Shown here piece by piece: positions 35,215 to 48,130 of a stretch of 60,163 bases of DNA. Location: contig NC_068981.1 in assembly GCF_001194135.2 (NCBI RefSeq), forward strand, positions 181,112,352 to 181,172,514, given 5' to 3'. The notes under the pieces are model-generated. The model saw only the letters and a program-made list of their open reading frames with translations, did no database searches and was not told where the DNA came from. The stretch comes from Octopus bimaculoides (lineage: Eukaryota). The position numbers were made by a program, and so were the translations under genes. Within the stretch, counting starts at the first letter, position 1; the number at the start of each line of letters is the position of its first letter.

Positions 35215-35534
35215 TGTTGAGGCAGCTGTAGTCTGTTAAACAGGATCTAGTAAATATTACTTGCAGTCTAATGGTGGGATAAAATGCTATGTCAAATCTG
35301 ACTGGCAGTCATTTATCAATGAAATCAATTACTGTTCAGCACGTTACCTCTGTGCTACCCTTACAATCCTAATAATATCACAATAAATTGTATTAAGGTC
35401 TATCTAGAACATTTTCTTTTTCAATGACATGGAAACATGCATGTTTGGACAGGCTTTATGTAATCCTCATCTGCCTGGGTAACAGAATCCTCCTTTCAGC
35501 TTCATGGGTGTTTTACTTTTTATAATGTTCTTTT

Positions 35535-35870
35535 AACTGTAACTGGCATCCCATCAATTATGATGATGAGGGTTCCAGTTGAATCAATCAATAAAAATGC
35601 CTGCTTTCATGAAATTAACATGCAAGTGGCTGAGCACTCCACTGACATGCATACCCTTAACGTAGTTCTCAGGGAAATTCAGCATAAAACAATGTGACAA
35701 GGCTGATCCTTTGAAATACAGGTACTCCTCATTTTTACTAGCTGAGTGGGCTGGAGCATCATGAAATAAAATATCTTGCTGAAGGGCACAACATGCCACC
35801 TGGAATCAAACTCATGACCTTACAATAGTAAGTCAAATACCTTAACCACAAAGCCACACACCTTCACTTT
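35535..35870 (-). mobile_element. SINE-D
   Basis: gctgagtgggctggagcatcatgaaataaaatatcttgctgaagggcacaac..ggaatcaaactcatgacctta..ccttaaccacaaagccacacaccttcac. Confidence 0.75.
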
Positions 35871-37685
35871 TAACCTTAAAGCAGTACAGGATGTATCTAT
35901 CAAATTTGACAGCATTTGTGTATTTATTAAGACATCTGCAAATCAGATGAAAGCCTTTGGCAGGCAGATCTGTTTTAGACCAGTGAGTTTTCACCTGAAG
36001 TTTGTTGGCCATTCACATTTCTAACAGTGACAGGATTCTAACAATATCAACAGCTACGAAGGCAGAATAACCTTGGGATGAAAGGCTGTTAAGATACCAT
36101 AAATAGTCTGCTCAATCAAAGATGATTCAGGGATTCCATAACAACACTCTGGCAACAACTTTCACAGATTGATGAGAACACCAGGATAACATCACATTGG
36201 AAATCTATATGATTACATCATCATGAATAAGATAGCCACACAGATAAGGTATTGACTACTAGCTCAAAAGCTTTGGATTCAAATCTGCTGCAGATGACTG
36301 CACATCCGTTTAACAAGAATACGCATGAGATCATCTAGGAATACTACCAACAGTAGATTTGCAGCCTATCCAGAGACATTTGTTATCCACTTAATGCCCT
36401 TGGTAAGTACCTAAGAGACATTTTGACATTATAATGTTTGCTGTGAGGCTTAGCAGAGAGAGATAGAGTTGTGAAGAGTTGGTGCAGCAGTGAATTTCAG
36501 AGAAAAAATGAAGAGAGGTGAAGAACGACAGAGATGATGGAGACGACTACAAGTCCTGAAGAGGAGAGTCTAATGTTAAAACAACAAAAGAATTAAGTGT
36601 AATTAGGGTGTGTCTCAGTAAAGATTTGTCCATCAAGTAAACAAGAGCACACTGACTGGGCTACTAACAAAACATTGAAAATATCATACCCTTTCTTTCT
36701 CTCAATCTGCCTGGCTAATACTTCTAGCATCTAGTACAGTGCATTGTTGATACTTATTCTTATTGATCCTAGAGAGATGTAAGTCAAAAACTGAAAGCAT
36801 CCAAACATTACTGTAACAATCAGTCTGGCATCAACACCAAACCAACGTCCAATTATAATATATTGTATGCAAAAACTAAAGCCAAAAATAAAAAAAGAAA
36901 ATAAGTTCCAGGCCCAGGTAAAGTGAAAATGCTAGTATCTAATCTAGTCTGCTGCAGCTAAGAGTTTGATACCACTGAATTGAATAAGTCTTTTATGAGG
37001 CAATGATCTTCTGAGGATTATTAGATCTTAGCCAATAATAATAACATTACAGATTTGGTAGCTAAAAAGCTTTTTGGCCAATCATCAGCAATTTGGTACA
37101 CCAGCTTAAAAGAAAAATAACAGAAAAAAACATATCCAAGATGAAAATTTCTTATTAAAAAAAACAAACAAACAAGAAAGAAATCTTTGTAAAATGTATG
37201 CAACACTTCAAACTGAAAGTGACAGCAATAACAGTAGGTAGTTTCTTGAAAGCAAGTATGTGTATTAACACACTTACCAGTTTTAATGTCCACAATTATA
37301 ATGCTAAAAAAAACTGCCGAGTCTCAAATCTTTATCATCTCCCACCTTAATCTATGACATCCAACATGCTCTACTCAGATTCAACCATTTCTTCTGAAGT
37401 CATATCTTTAAGTGAGTTATCTTCCATCAGTTTATTGCACTTTTTCACCAGGCATGTAACCTTTATTTATTACTAGGGCCATTCAAAAACAAAAAAACAA
37501 TTTCCATTATACATATATCAGTGTCAGTTTACTACCCACTTACTTTCTTTGTACCCATATAAAACACACACACACACACACAAAGACTGTGTTAGACAAT
37601 GTTTAAATATTGCCACCTGGTATGTTATTTTCTCTCTCTTGATAGCTTTTTTCTATTATAAACTTATAATTTTCCCATGAATTAC

Positions 37686-37745
37686 CAGTCTCATTTATAG
37701 ATTTGTTGGTTTTCACAGCCAGGTACTTTTCCTGGCACAAATTAC
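37686..37745 (-). CDS. Candidate exon NLCQEKYLAVKTNKSINET (phase 1-1)
   Basis: Acceptor atttgatgttttcttaag, donor CTG|gtaatt; only one frame is open. Confidence 0.35.
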
Positions 37746-39598
37746 CTTAAGAAAACATCAAATGATATATGGTTGTTTTGTTTTTTTCACCAACCTCTTC
37801 AAGTCTTACTGTCAGCCTGTTGGCTGGATAGGTTACAGACAATGTTTCAGACCTAAGTCAGGCAATAGTGGAAAGCTAATTCAACCAAAGTAGGGTTTGA
37901 ACCAATTACTTTGAAATAGTAACATTTCCTTTACAACTTAATATAATATGCTTTTGAGACATATTGTACATCAACTGGCCCTAGTATTGTTATATCATAC
38001 ATACTACTACATGGAACAAGATAACATCACAAATGTACACCATACTTAGGCATGTCATTAACTTGCCTGAACATATTGTTTTATTGTGTTTATATATATT
38101 CTGATTGTGAACTAATTAAAATCTCTCCTAAAGCTTTGAGGAATTTGTTATAGGCCAGTGTCAATTTCTAGTTATATTGTATAAAGTAGAGCAGATATAT
38201 ATATCCCACATTGGATAGGATTCCAGCCTACAAGGGATAACATTCCCTGAAGATTCAAAAGATATTCTTGACAACTGGGTGAACTTAGGCAATGCTCAAA
38301 AAGAACAAAGCACCTGCAATGTATTTGAACTCACAACTCAATCTCAACACAACATAAAAGAGGAAATATTATTATTGCAAACTATTCAGTCTATCAAAGG
38401 AATACAGCTAAGCTTAGAGTTTAAAAAAAACTGCAAGTAGCAAAGATAAACAGTTGGTTTATCTGTCAAGGTCACAGATTAAAACAAATAGATTGTTGCT
38501 TTCTGTTATCTATTTGGCCATCCTACATCTACCTGCACGTTAAAGACTAGAAGTAGCTAAGTGAAAACACATTTATGATCACACTAACAAATGCTGCTAG
38601 CCTTATCCAGAATTGTTGTAAATAAGTTAACATGTTTGTGGGATACAGTAAATGCTGAGGTGTGTTTGTTATGTAATGGCACACAATGGTTGTGAGGATA
38701 AGTAAGATAAAATCTCTGGACAAGACACAAATCTGCTGACCCAGTTTGCCACATTGATAAAAACTTCCTCTTACTTTTCAGTTGAGTAGATTAGTTACAG
38801 GAAAAGCATCCAGTTATGAAAACGATACCATCCCACTCATTCAAACATGAAGAAATAGATGTAAAACAGCAACCCAGAAAACACCTGCAAGGCACCAAAC
38901 AAAATTTAGAGCAGCAAGTTTAGTTGTCTACTCTCAGAAATACCATACATCAAGAGAGAAGGGGAATGCAAGAAAGAAGAATAAGAGCATCTAGTTACTA
39001 CAATAATATGCAAATGTCTAAATTTGAAAATAATCATACTTGTTTTTAATATGAATATGTAATGTGAGTGAGATGTAAATAAACACAGAGCTAAACAGTG
39101 TAATAATATCCTATAGCTCTTGACTATATAATACAGAACTTGTATAATTTGAAGTTATTGAACCTGAGCACCAACTGTCTGTCTAGCAGACTGGTTACCA
39201 CAATTCATATTCCAATTACAAAAGAGGAAGTGTTATTACTGCAAAATAGTGTCAAGTCTATGAAAAGAATGCATCTAGCCCAAGATTCTGAAATGTGAGT
39301 GAATAGCAACTATAAACACTTGGTTTAACTGTCAAGGTCACAGATTAAAACAATAAGTTGTCTTTTATCTTTTACTTATTCCAGTCATTCGACTGAGGCC
39401 ATGCTGGGGCACAGTCTTGAAGAAATTTTAGTCAAATACATTGATTCCAGTACCTTTTTTTATTTTTTTGTTTTTAGCATGATACTTATTCTATTTGTTT
39501 CTTTTGCTGAACCATTAAATTACGTGGATGCAAACATACCAACACCAGTTATCAAGCAGTGGTGGGGGACAAACACACACACACACACACAGATATAG

Positions 39599-39984
39599 GG
39601 AACTTTTTGGTTATCTCACCACAATTAAAAAAATTGGGTTATCTCTCCCTCTCCCACCATCCCTTTTATGAAAAATATCGGTATTTTTGTTTACTTCTCC
39701 CAACTAAAAAAAATTGTTTAACCCTCAATAAAACAAACAAAAAAAATTAAAAATAAACATGAAAACTGAAAAGATTAAACATCTTATTGAATCTAATAAC
39801 ATTTTTAGAGCAAATCATACCATGCCTATTTAGGGGGCCAAGTTAATGTGTTGAAGTACTGAATCAAAAGCCTCTAAACCCTTTTAATACAATCTAGTCA
39901 CCTCAAACTCAATTTTTTAGTGGAGAGACAACCCAACTTTTTAATGGCAATTTCTTAATGGGGGTGAGATAACCATAAAGTTCC
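39599..39984. mobile_element. 386-bp MITE with 22-bp TIRs and 8-bp TSD (Merlin-like)
   Basis: GGAACTTTTTGGTTATCTCACC / GGTGAGATAACCATAAAGTTCC (21/22 match); AGATATAG at 39591-39598 and 39985-39992. Confidence 0.85.
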
Positions 39985-40023
39985 AGATATAGATATACAG
40001 ATGATGGGCTTCTTTCAGTTTCT

Positions 40024-40239
40024 TATTTCTTTATTGCCCATAAGGGGCTAAACAGAGAGGACAAACAAAGGGATTAAGTCGATTACATCGACCCCAGTGC
40101 GTAACTGGTACTTATTTAATCGACCTCGAAAGGATGAAAGGCTAAGTTGACCTCGGCGGAATTTGAACTCAGAATGTAGCGGCAGACGAAATACCGCTAA
40201 GCATTTTGCCCGGCATGCTAACGATCCTGCCAGCTCGCA
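40024..40239 (-). mobile_element. Young SINE-C with 17-bp TSD
   Basis: GGCTTCTTTCAGTTTCT at 40007-40023 and 40240-40256. Confidence 0.93.
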
Positions 40240-42034
40240 GGCTTCTTTCAGTTTCTGTCTACCAAATACATTCACAAGTCTTTGGTCAACAGGAGGCTAC
40301 AGTAGAAGACACCCAAAGTGCCACATAGTGGGTCTGAAGCTGTAACCATGTGGTTGGGAAGCAAACTTCTTCCCACACAGCCACACCCACACCCACACCT
40401 ATCTTATAAGTTTTAAAAAAAAACAAAAAAGCCATCTCAAAAACTTTATAATTTAATTCAGCAAAGAAATGACTATAAGTATACAATCTTGTATCACTGA
40501 AACATTAATAAACTAGCAAATTGATTTGTTTTTTTTTTTGCCTGTGGCTCTACACCTGAACCTAATAGCAATAATATCTCATTTTCTGCAATCTACTTAT
40601 TCACTCTCATATGTTGAATACAGAGAAACAAGTTGTATATGTTAAAAACATACAAGAACAAGATCAACATGGAATATTCTGATAGAATACACACTTTCTA
40701 ATATGATGCCAGCAAACTGTGAAATACAAAAAGAAGCTAAGCAATAACTTCTTCACACTTCAACCATTCCAATGCTCTCTAATGAAATAATAAAATTGTT
40801 GCATCTAAATTCAAACTAAAACTTGGTAATTGATGTAGAAGACATGACTATCAGACATGGTAATTGATGTTATAGATATGACTTAGCTATACAAATGAGA
40901 AAATGCCAAGAAATATTTTCTCATGGTAGAGAAATACAATTTCTGTTCAGCAAAGAGCTTCCATTTGTGTGTGTGCATGCATGTGCATGTGTGTGTGTGA
41001 CTGGAAAACAGGGGTGGGGGCTTAGTATGAGAGTATTATGCTGGCATGAAAGCAAATTTATAAGAAAACAGTAAAAATTCATTATTTAAAAAGGCATGTA
41101 GTTTTCTTTCAAATAATATTTAAAAAATTAACATTTGTCTATACATTAGTCTAGTATCAGTTCTTGTATCATGTGTTGATTCACTTTATAATATTTATCT
41201 TCAGAAAATGTTTTCCTTATTAAAAATTATAACTGATCGAAGTAGTTTTTCTTTCAGATTAGAAGAGAAAGAAGTAGAAGAAAAAAATCTATTGGATTCA
41301 AAACGTTTATCTTTTTAATCTCTATAAAATACAATGTTGGAACATGTAGTATAATGATGTTGTGCTAAAGGCCATATATGAAGCTTCCACATTTCAGGAA
41401 ACAAATTCAGATTTTTGCTCTTTTCATTAAATCAATAGAATAAAATTAAGAGAATTATTACATTTGATTTCTTAAAGTAATTTCAAACGAAAACTCATAG
41501 GTGTACATATGTGTATGTGCATGTGTGTGCATGTATGTGTATGTGTGCATGCATATGTATGTACATGTGTGGACAGGCCCATTCAACCTATGCAAGCATG
41601 GAAAAATGTACATAAAATGATTTTCTAAAATGCAATTTCAAAAGCATTTGAAAATAATGTTTTCGATAAAAACAATATTTTGTAGAAGCTTCAATGCTGC
41701 TATTTGAAAATATATGTAGGTGAAAAGTAAAAATAATCCATTACATTTTACTCTCTTTAAGACACTTATTTTACATACCAAATTTATGAAGATTCTTAAC
41801 AAGGCAATACTCACACTACTGAAAGAGACTATAGAAGACTTTCAGGATAAACAAGTAAATACAGTTTTAAATATAATTTCTAGATTTTAAATGACTGCAA
41901 GGAATAACCAACATCAATGAGTGATATAGAATGAACCCAATAAGAAGAGGTAAACTGAAAAGCAACTGAACAGCAAGATGTATCTGGCAAACTGGCTTAA
42001 TTTTCTAGCTGTAGGCCTTTCTTTCATTAATAAT

Positions 42035-43469
42035 CATGACCTGACTTTTCAGCCGATGTCACTTCGTCCTTGTCTTTTAGTCCGACATCTTTTTGTCCAA
42101 TTCAAAATAAACTTTTTAGAAAACAAGGTGAACATCAAAATCAAATAATCATTGAGAATTTTATTGATAGGATTCAAGTAAAACTCTGTGGAAAAATGTA
42201 TTTAGAAAAAAGTCGTTTTTGAAAAAGTATTAAGATATAACTAATGATTTATTATGATCACTTAAAATTGCTGCAAATTATATGCTACACTCTTCAAAAG
42301 ATCAATTTTTTTTGTTGACCCATATTCAATGACCAGTTTTTTGAGGCGTTCAGTTATTCTTCGATATCGTGTACATGAATTTGACGGATCTCGTCGAAGA
42401 ATTTGAGTCATTTTACAAAGAACGAACCCTTCCTCTTCCTTCAGAGTCTCGATTAATTTCCAAATATTCAAATGTGCTCCATGTCTGCTTTGTTTTATTC
42501 GGCAGCAATGCAAAGACCCATGGAAAACTGCTACCTTTAACTTGTACATAAATGCTAAACAGTTGAAACCACTGTTTTGGCACAATTTTAAACGTTCCAT
42601 GACATGCCAAATGATGATATGATGCTATATCCTGAAAAACACTTTCTGATGCAAATACTAGTATGCACTGTTGATCCTCGATACCCAAATCATATCTCAG
42701 AAACTGTTCGCCATTATCACGTTTACAAATTTCAAAACCAGTTCTAGCCCCGGATTAGCAGGAAATCCAGAATTTTTTTCCTGCACCTTTGAATAGTCCT
42801 TGAACATACAGACAAATGAGAAAGTTGTGAGCAAGTATTTTCTGTTAGCTGTGTAAACTTAGCTGCTATTATGCTACATGAACTTACTGCTGTTTGCCAC
42901 CTTTTCATGCTTTATTTCTACAACTGCTTTTCTAGTATTTAACGAATCTACATCAGTTGGATGAAGGTGCTCATTAGAAAAATAATTTTCGGTTTATTGT
43001 TTTCCGTTATGGTGTGAATTCGCACTGAACACAGCCCTCTTTTCTCACATCTCCAGTATTCTTTTCCTAGTTTTGTATTGCTTGAATGAAAATCGTAGAT
43101 GTAATTACTTTCATCAACTACTTGTCTTTTGTTTTTGGTCGATACTATGAACTTTGTCATTTTGGGATAGGTAAATTAAAAATGTATACACTAAATTTGC
43201 AGTACTCTCTATACACAACACCATACTTAAGAGAGAGAAGTCAAAAGAGAAAGTTAAACTGTTAACACAGAAGGAAAAAGAATGATAATAACAATCCTAT
43301 AATAAGGCTTGTTATAGTTCTGTGAATATATCATTAGATATTTCACCTTGTTTTCTAAAGAGTTTATTTAAAATTGGACAAAAAGTCATTGGACAAAAAG
43401 ATGTTGGACCAAAAGACATGGATGAAAAGACATTTGATGAAGTGACATCGGATGAAAAGACATAGCACC
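42035..43469 (-). mobile_element. MULE (Phantom-like) DNA transposon, internally deleted
   Basis: About 100-bp TIRs built from short GGACAAAAAG/GATGAAAAGACAT-type repeats; 8-bp TTAATAAT at 42027-42034 and 43470-43477. Confidence 0.88.
42262..43160 (-). pseudogene. FLYWCH + MULE transposase pseudogene
   Basis: YIYDFH..EYWRCEKRGLCSVRIHT (FLYWCH); CHGTFKIVPKQWFQLFSI..FPWVFALLPNKT (DGTF motif with D changed to H); HLNIWKLIETLKEEE C-terminus. Confidence 0.9.
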
Positions 43470-43871
43470 TTAATAATACCTTCAATAAAAAGAAAATGCT
43501 CTCAAAGTCAGACTCAATTTGCAAGAGATAACAGTCAAATCTCCTTCAAATCATATCCTACAGTTTAAAAAAAAAAAGCGGAAGGACATGCTAAATAACA
43601 CACTGAATAAAAGATGGGATGGTCACAGATGGCATACCTTTGACAATGAGATTGCTAAATCAGGGCTGGCTTGGGTATTTAGACAACTATAAATATTCTT
43701 CAATAATAGATTACACACCTTTCTACATATACCTGAGAAATGTGAACTAGAAAATAAAATAAGTTGGTACAATCAATTAGATGAAAACTTAAATTTTGTC
43801 TTATTTGAAAGCATATAAACTAGATTTATAGTAAAGAACTGTGTGCAGACAATTCATTGACAGACAATTGC

Positions 43872-43999
43872 CACACGGCATCTGACTCAACACGCAGGCC
43901 TACATCAAGTGCCTGGAGGAGGTTGTGTTGCCCTGGGTCAAGAGGGTGGCTGCTAGAACACCCTATGTCTGGCAACAGGACTCTGCACCATACCACACA
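43872..43999 (+). pseudogene. Tc1/mariner (DD37D-like) transposase fragment
   Basis: PHG..LNTQAYIKCLEEVVLPWVKRVAARTPYVWQQDSAPYHT; QQDSAP.H is the second catalytic Asp motif. Confidence 0.85.
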
Positions 44000-44406
44000 A
44001 TTGTCCTGTCTGTAAGTTGTCTTTTGTCGAATTGTCCGTCTCCCGTAAAGAACAGATGATGAAATTATATTCTAAAGACTGATTTACATACAAAATATAT
44101 TCCAAAGTGAATTGGTTTATCTTATTCACTTAAGCCCTTAGTGAGTTTATAAGCAGTGTGCACAGACAAACAAGGAGGGTAAATGGTTGCTGATGAAATT
44201 CTAACACAGAATTATAAAAAAACAAAGTCAGATAAAATCTACAGCTGTATTGTGATACATTATAGTATTGAAACAAAACACTTAACACACCAGTGATTTA
44301 TACCTCATTCAAGGACATCGGTGAAGTGACTATCTGACCAAATATCAAAAACAAATCGCAATTTGACACACTGACTGATAATGCAAAGATCTTTCAATGT
44401 TTTTTC

Positions 44407-44411
<5 letters not shown>

Positions 44412-44447
<36 letters not shown>
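44412..44447. repeat. (TA)n microsatellite
   Basis: Direct reading. Confidence 0.97.
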
Positions 44448-44496
44448 CACACTTAACGAAGCCCTAAAAGTGCTAGGCACACCATTAGCTTTTTAT

Positions 44497-44716
44497 CCCT
44501 TTAGCATTCAGATTATTCTGTCTACTATAATGCTTCTTTATTTACATGGTTTTGAATTAATCATGCATTATCTCGTGGCTTTGAGATTTTGATGATATGA
44601 TCATTTATTTTTACAGCAACATTGTATGGTAGATGTAAGAGGTCAGATCTGGCTGGTTTGAACATACAATTGGAAGAATATTTGGGCCAAATATAGTGAG
44701 TTTAAATGCAAAAGAA
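44497..44716. mobile_element. MITE E1
   Basis: ccctttagcattcagattattctg..; interior matches the other E1 copies. Confidence 0.8.
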
Positions 44717-45929
44717 CTAAAGTTTATTTACTATATCAAAAATTATTTTCTTCAAAACAGGAAGGAGCATGCATTGCCCGTTGCCACAAAGAATACACAT
44801 GCAATAACGTGTTAAAAATGCACAAACACTAAAATTATTTTGGCTTTTTCCAACTTGGCTTGATTGTGTGCTGTGACATGATTAAAAAGTCTATGTTGGC
44901 TTATAGAAAAACAAAGATCTTCAATGATTTTACAAGCAGCAATTTGAAACAGGAAAAAGAGCAACAGGTTTGTCACTATTTTTAAGTCTCACATTTTTGT
45001 AAATAAAGTTTTATAACATTTACATTAAAACATCAGACATTAATTTATACAATTCTTATCCTCTTCTTGACTGCTCTAAGTTTTTTTTGTTCATTTTATT
45101 TTTTTTCTAATTCTTTTTATTACCAATATAGACATCTAATATGGATATAACTTGACAAAAGAACAATTCTTGTCACTGATCAATATGTGATCGTTAAAAA
45201 AAAAAAAAAAAAATTTACCGCATTAATCTTTTCAATGTCATTCAATTCAAAACTCAATAACTCCATTTAATCAATATCAGTAAAATAAGAGGAATGGGTG
45301 GATGGAAGAAAAATACACTCAAGCTTAATGAAGTCTTAAAATTCAGTAAAAATAATATAAATATTTACTGCGTATAAACAATCGATTTCAGTCTGAATAC
45401 TGATAAGCAATAAAATTAACAAAATTACTTTTATTATATAAATTTTTTTTTTTTTCTTTGTTAGATGAGGTATTTAGGCAACAGTTGACTGACCAGATGT
45501 AACCAGACACCTAAGCTGATATCAACCAGTCAAATTCTTTAATTAAAAAGAGAACTAGTGGTCACTCAACCAGCTAGAGTTAGCAGCCATATCGCCCTTG
45601 GACAACATCTTACCATCTTAAATAAAGGTGACACATTGGAAAATATTGTTTGAGCAAAAGCATTCTGAGCTGATCTAGGGCCAAACAACAAAAGCAGCAA
45701 TACATATTTTATCAACTTCAAAATGATGAAAGGCAAAGCTGCTTCCAGTAAACTTCAACTCTATATAGTCATGAAGCAAACTAATCACAAAAATTTTGTC
45801 TCAGTTAAATCTTTACCCTAATTTAAGTACAAGGCCTCACATTTATAAAGAAGTGGCTGAGATTGTGAGGTCTTCATGCCATTATCTTTAGAAGTTTTCC
45901 TAAAACTTCTTACTGTCATCTCAATCATT

Positions 45930-46340
45930 ATTTTAATGTTCACTTTTCCATGCTTGCATAAATCAGGGAGGGTTTATTGAGAGATTTTCTACAACCAGAT
46001 GCTCTTCCTGTCGCTAACTCTCACCCGTCTCCCAGCAAGGTAATATTTCCTCATGGCCAGACACGTTTTCATAGAATATTGGAAATGAACGACACTGCTT
46101 GTATGACAGTGACACTCATTTACAACCATCACTTGATATCAAGACAAGGAAACATGAACATACATATATGATTAAGTTCTTTCACTTTCTGTCAACCAAA
46201 TTACCTCACAAGACTTTGGTCAACCAAGGGACATAATAGAAAACACTTGTCCAAGGTGCAACAGTGGGACTGAAACCAAAACCATGTGGTTAGGAAGCAT
46301 ACCTGTTAATCACACAGCAACACCTGCACCTACCATACAT
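45930..46340 (-). mobile_element. SINE-B head + T2 (RTE-like) tail
   Basis: Same architecture as 1045-1548. Confidence 0.8.
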
Positions 46341-46719
46341 TTGTGAAGCACTAATAAATGGTAATCTCAAATCCAATGATAATTAATATTTAATAATATA
46401 CAAATAACGCTTGCTAAACAGCTAATGACAATCTCATCAAGCAGAGATATAGCTCTCAAACAATCAATCAGTACATATATTGATTAGTTGTGGTTTCATC
46501 ATATATCTCAGTTGTCAACTCTTAAGAACTTGACACTAAGCTGTCTATTATCCAGCTAATACCCATTGTTTAACATGCAATCTTTATCAGACTATCACGG
46601 TGTAATAAAAGCTAAGAATATTGGTGCCATCATTTCGAATTTAGATGCTAAAAAAGATTTATTAACTTGCATTTGCTGTCAGAAGATACTTCTGAACTAC
46701 TACTGCCAAAGCACACCCT

Positions 46720-47070
46720 TCCCAAACACACCTTTTACTTGTTTCAGTCATTGGATAGCAGCCATGGTGAGACACTGCCTTAGTCAAACAAATCAGCCCT
46801 AGTACTTAGTTTTTTTTTCTATCAATCTCTTATCAAACTATCAGAGACATAAACAAACCAACAATTGTCAAGTAGTGGTGGAGGATAAACAAAGACACAC
46901 AAACACACATACTGATAAGCTTCCATGGAGTTTCTAACAACTAAATTTACTCACAAGGCATTTGTTGACATGATGCTTATAACAGAAGACATTTCCAATA
47001 GGTGGCGTGCAATGGAACTGAACCTGAAACCATGTAGTCGCAAAGCAAGTTTCTTAACCACACAGCCATA
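46720..47070 (-). mobile_element. SINE-B (head + T1 tail), diverged
   Basis: Family match. Confidence 0.75.
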
Positions 47071-47359
47071 CAGAAAAATAAAGCGCCTCATATATAAGCA
47101 ACTCTTAGCACAAATCCTGTCAATAACCAGAGCTCAAACCATGGAACTCTATAATCAGTATCTCTTTGGACAAAGTTTCCCCACACAAATTCTCTTTCCA
47201 ACTTAACTTTAGCCTACTTGCACCTTTTACGTGCAATCAAATACAGAAACCTCATTGATCATGCCAACTCAATAAGTGTTCTTACTATCAGCTTCAAACA
47301 AACTATACATCTGTACTAGTATCTATACTAACTCTTCAGCTCTCTTTCTCCCTGACTGG

Positions 47360-48130
47360 AGCAATCTCTCAGACTTAGTTAACTTTTGGTCTATTGCTAA
47401 CATTTACAATATCTCCAAGGTGGTGATGACATTTGTAAATGACCACCTTTACCACTTGGAATCAGTGAAGACCAGCAGGCTTTCTAGAGAGCCAAATTCA
47501 CTGGAGACATTAGTGGAGTTTTTACCTTTGAAAAGAAACAGTTCTTACTTTTGGTCATGTATGCCACAGGAACTTCCTAGTTTCCACTTTATCTTGTCTC
47601 TCAGAGTAGGTTTCCTAACAGATCACTACTACAGCAGGTGTCCAAGGATTTTCTTTGGCCCCCAACTATTAATTCAGATGTGCCTTCAGCAGTTTTATTG
47701 AAATGTGCCAACAGGAGTCCAACGCATCTTCCCCCTAAACATCAACAAGCTACTTACTCTCACTATTAACAATACAGAAACTGATACTATCTTTTCCCTC
47801 TTCAGCCTCAAACACATCTGCATCATTCACACACACACAACAGCAAGAAATCTCCCATCTGACTTGTATCCAACAGTTTGGCCAAACATTTTGCCTAACA
47901 CCACAACAACCATCAACGCATCAACATGCTTTATCTTATGTCTTTTCACTACTTACCATGGTTTCAGCTGTTCTAAACTAGCAAATAATACACCAGCCAT
48001 AACTCAAACCCATTAGACACCAGCATGTCTTCTCTCAAAGCTCCTGTCTCACTCATCAGACCCTACACCAAGCACTTCTCTCCAATCCTTTCTATCTAGA
48101 ATAAACCAAATATCACCAAACGGTACTGCA
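47360..48130 (+). pseudogene. CR1/Jockey-group LINE reverse transcriptase C-terminal relic
   Basis: Across frames FVNDHLYH (FADDSTL-like), VGFL...IFFGPQLL, LCLFTTYHGFSCSKLA (SL.LFYRYYHG.CS.ELA motif). Confidence 0.6.

Larger units (their letters stand above)
39350..40400 (-). mobile_element. SINE-B carrying two nested insertions
   Basis: T1 tail 39350-39590 and head 39995-40400 rejoin after removing the MITE and the SINE-C. Confidence 0.85.
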
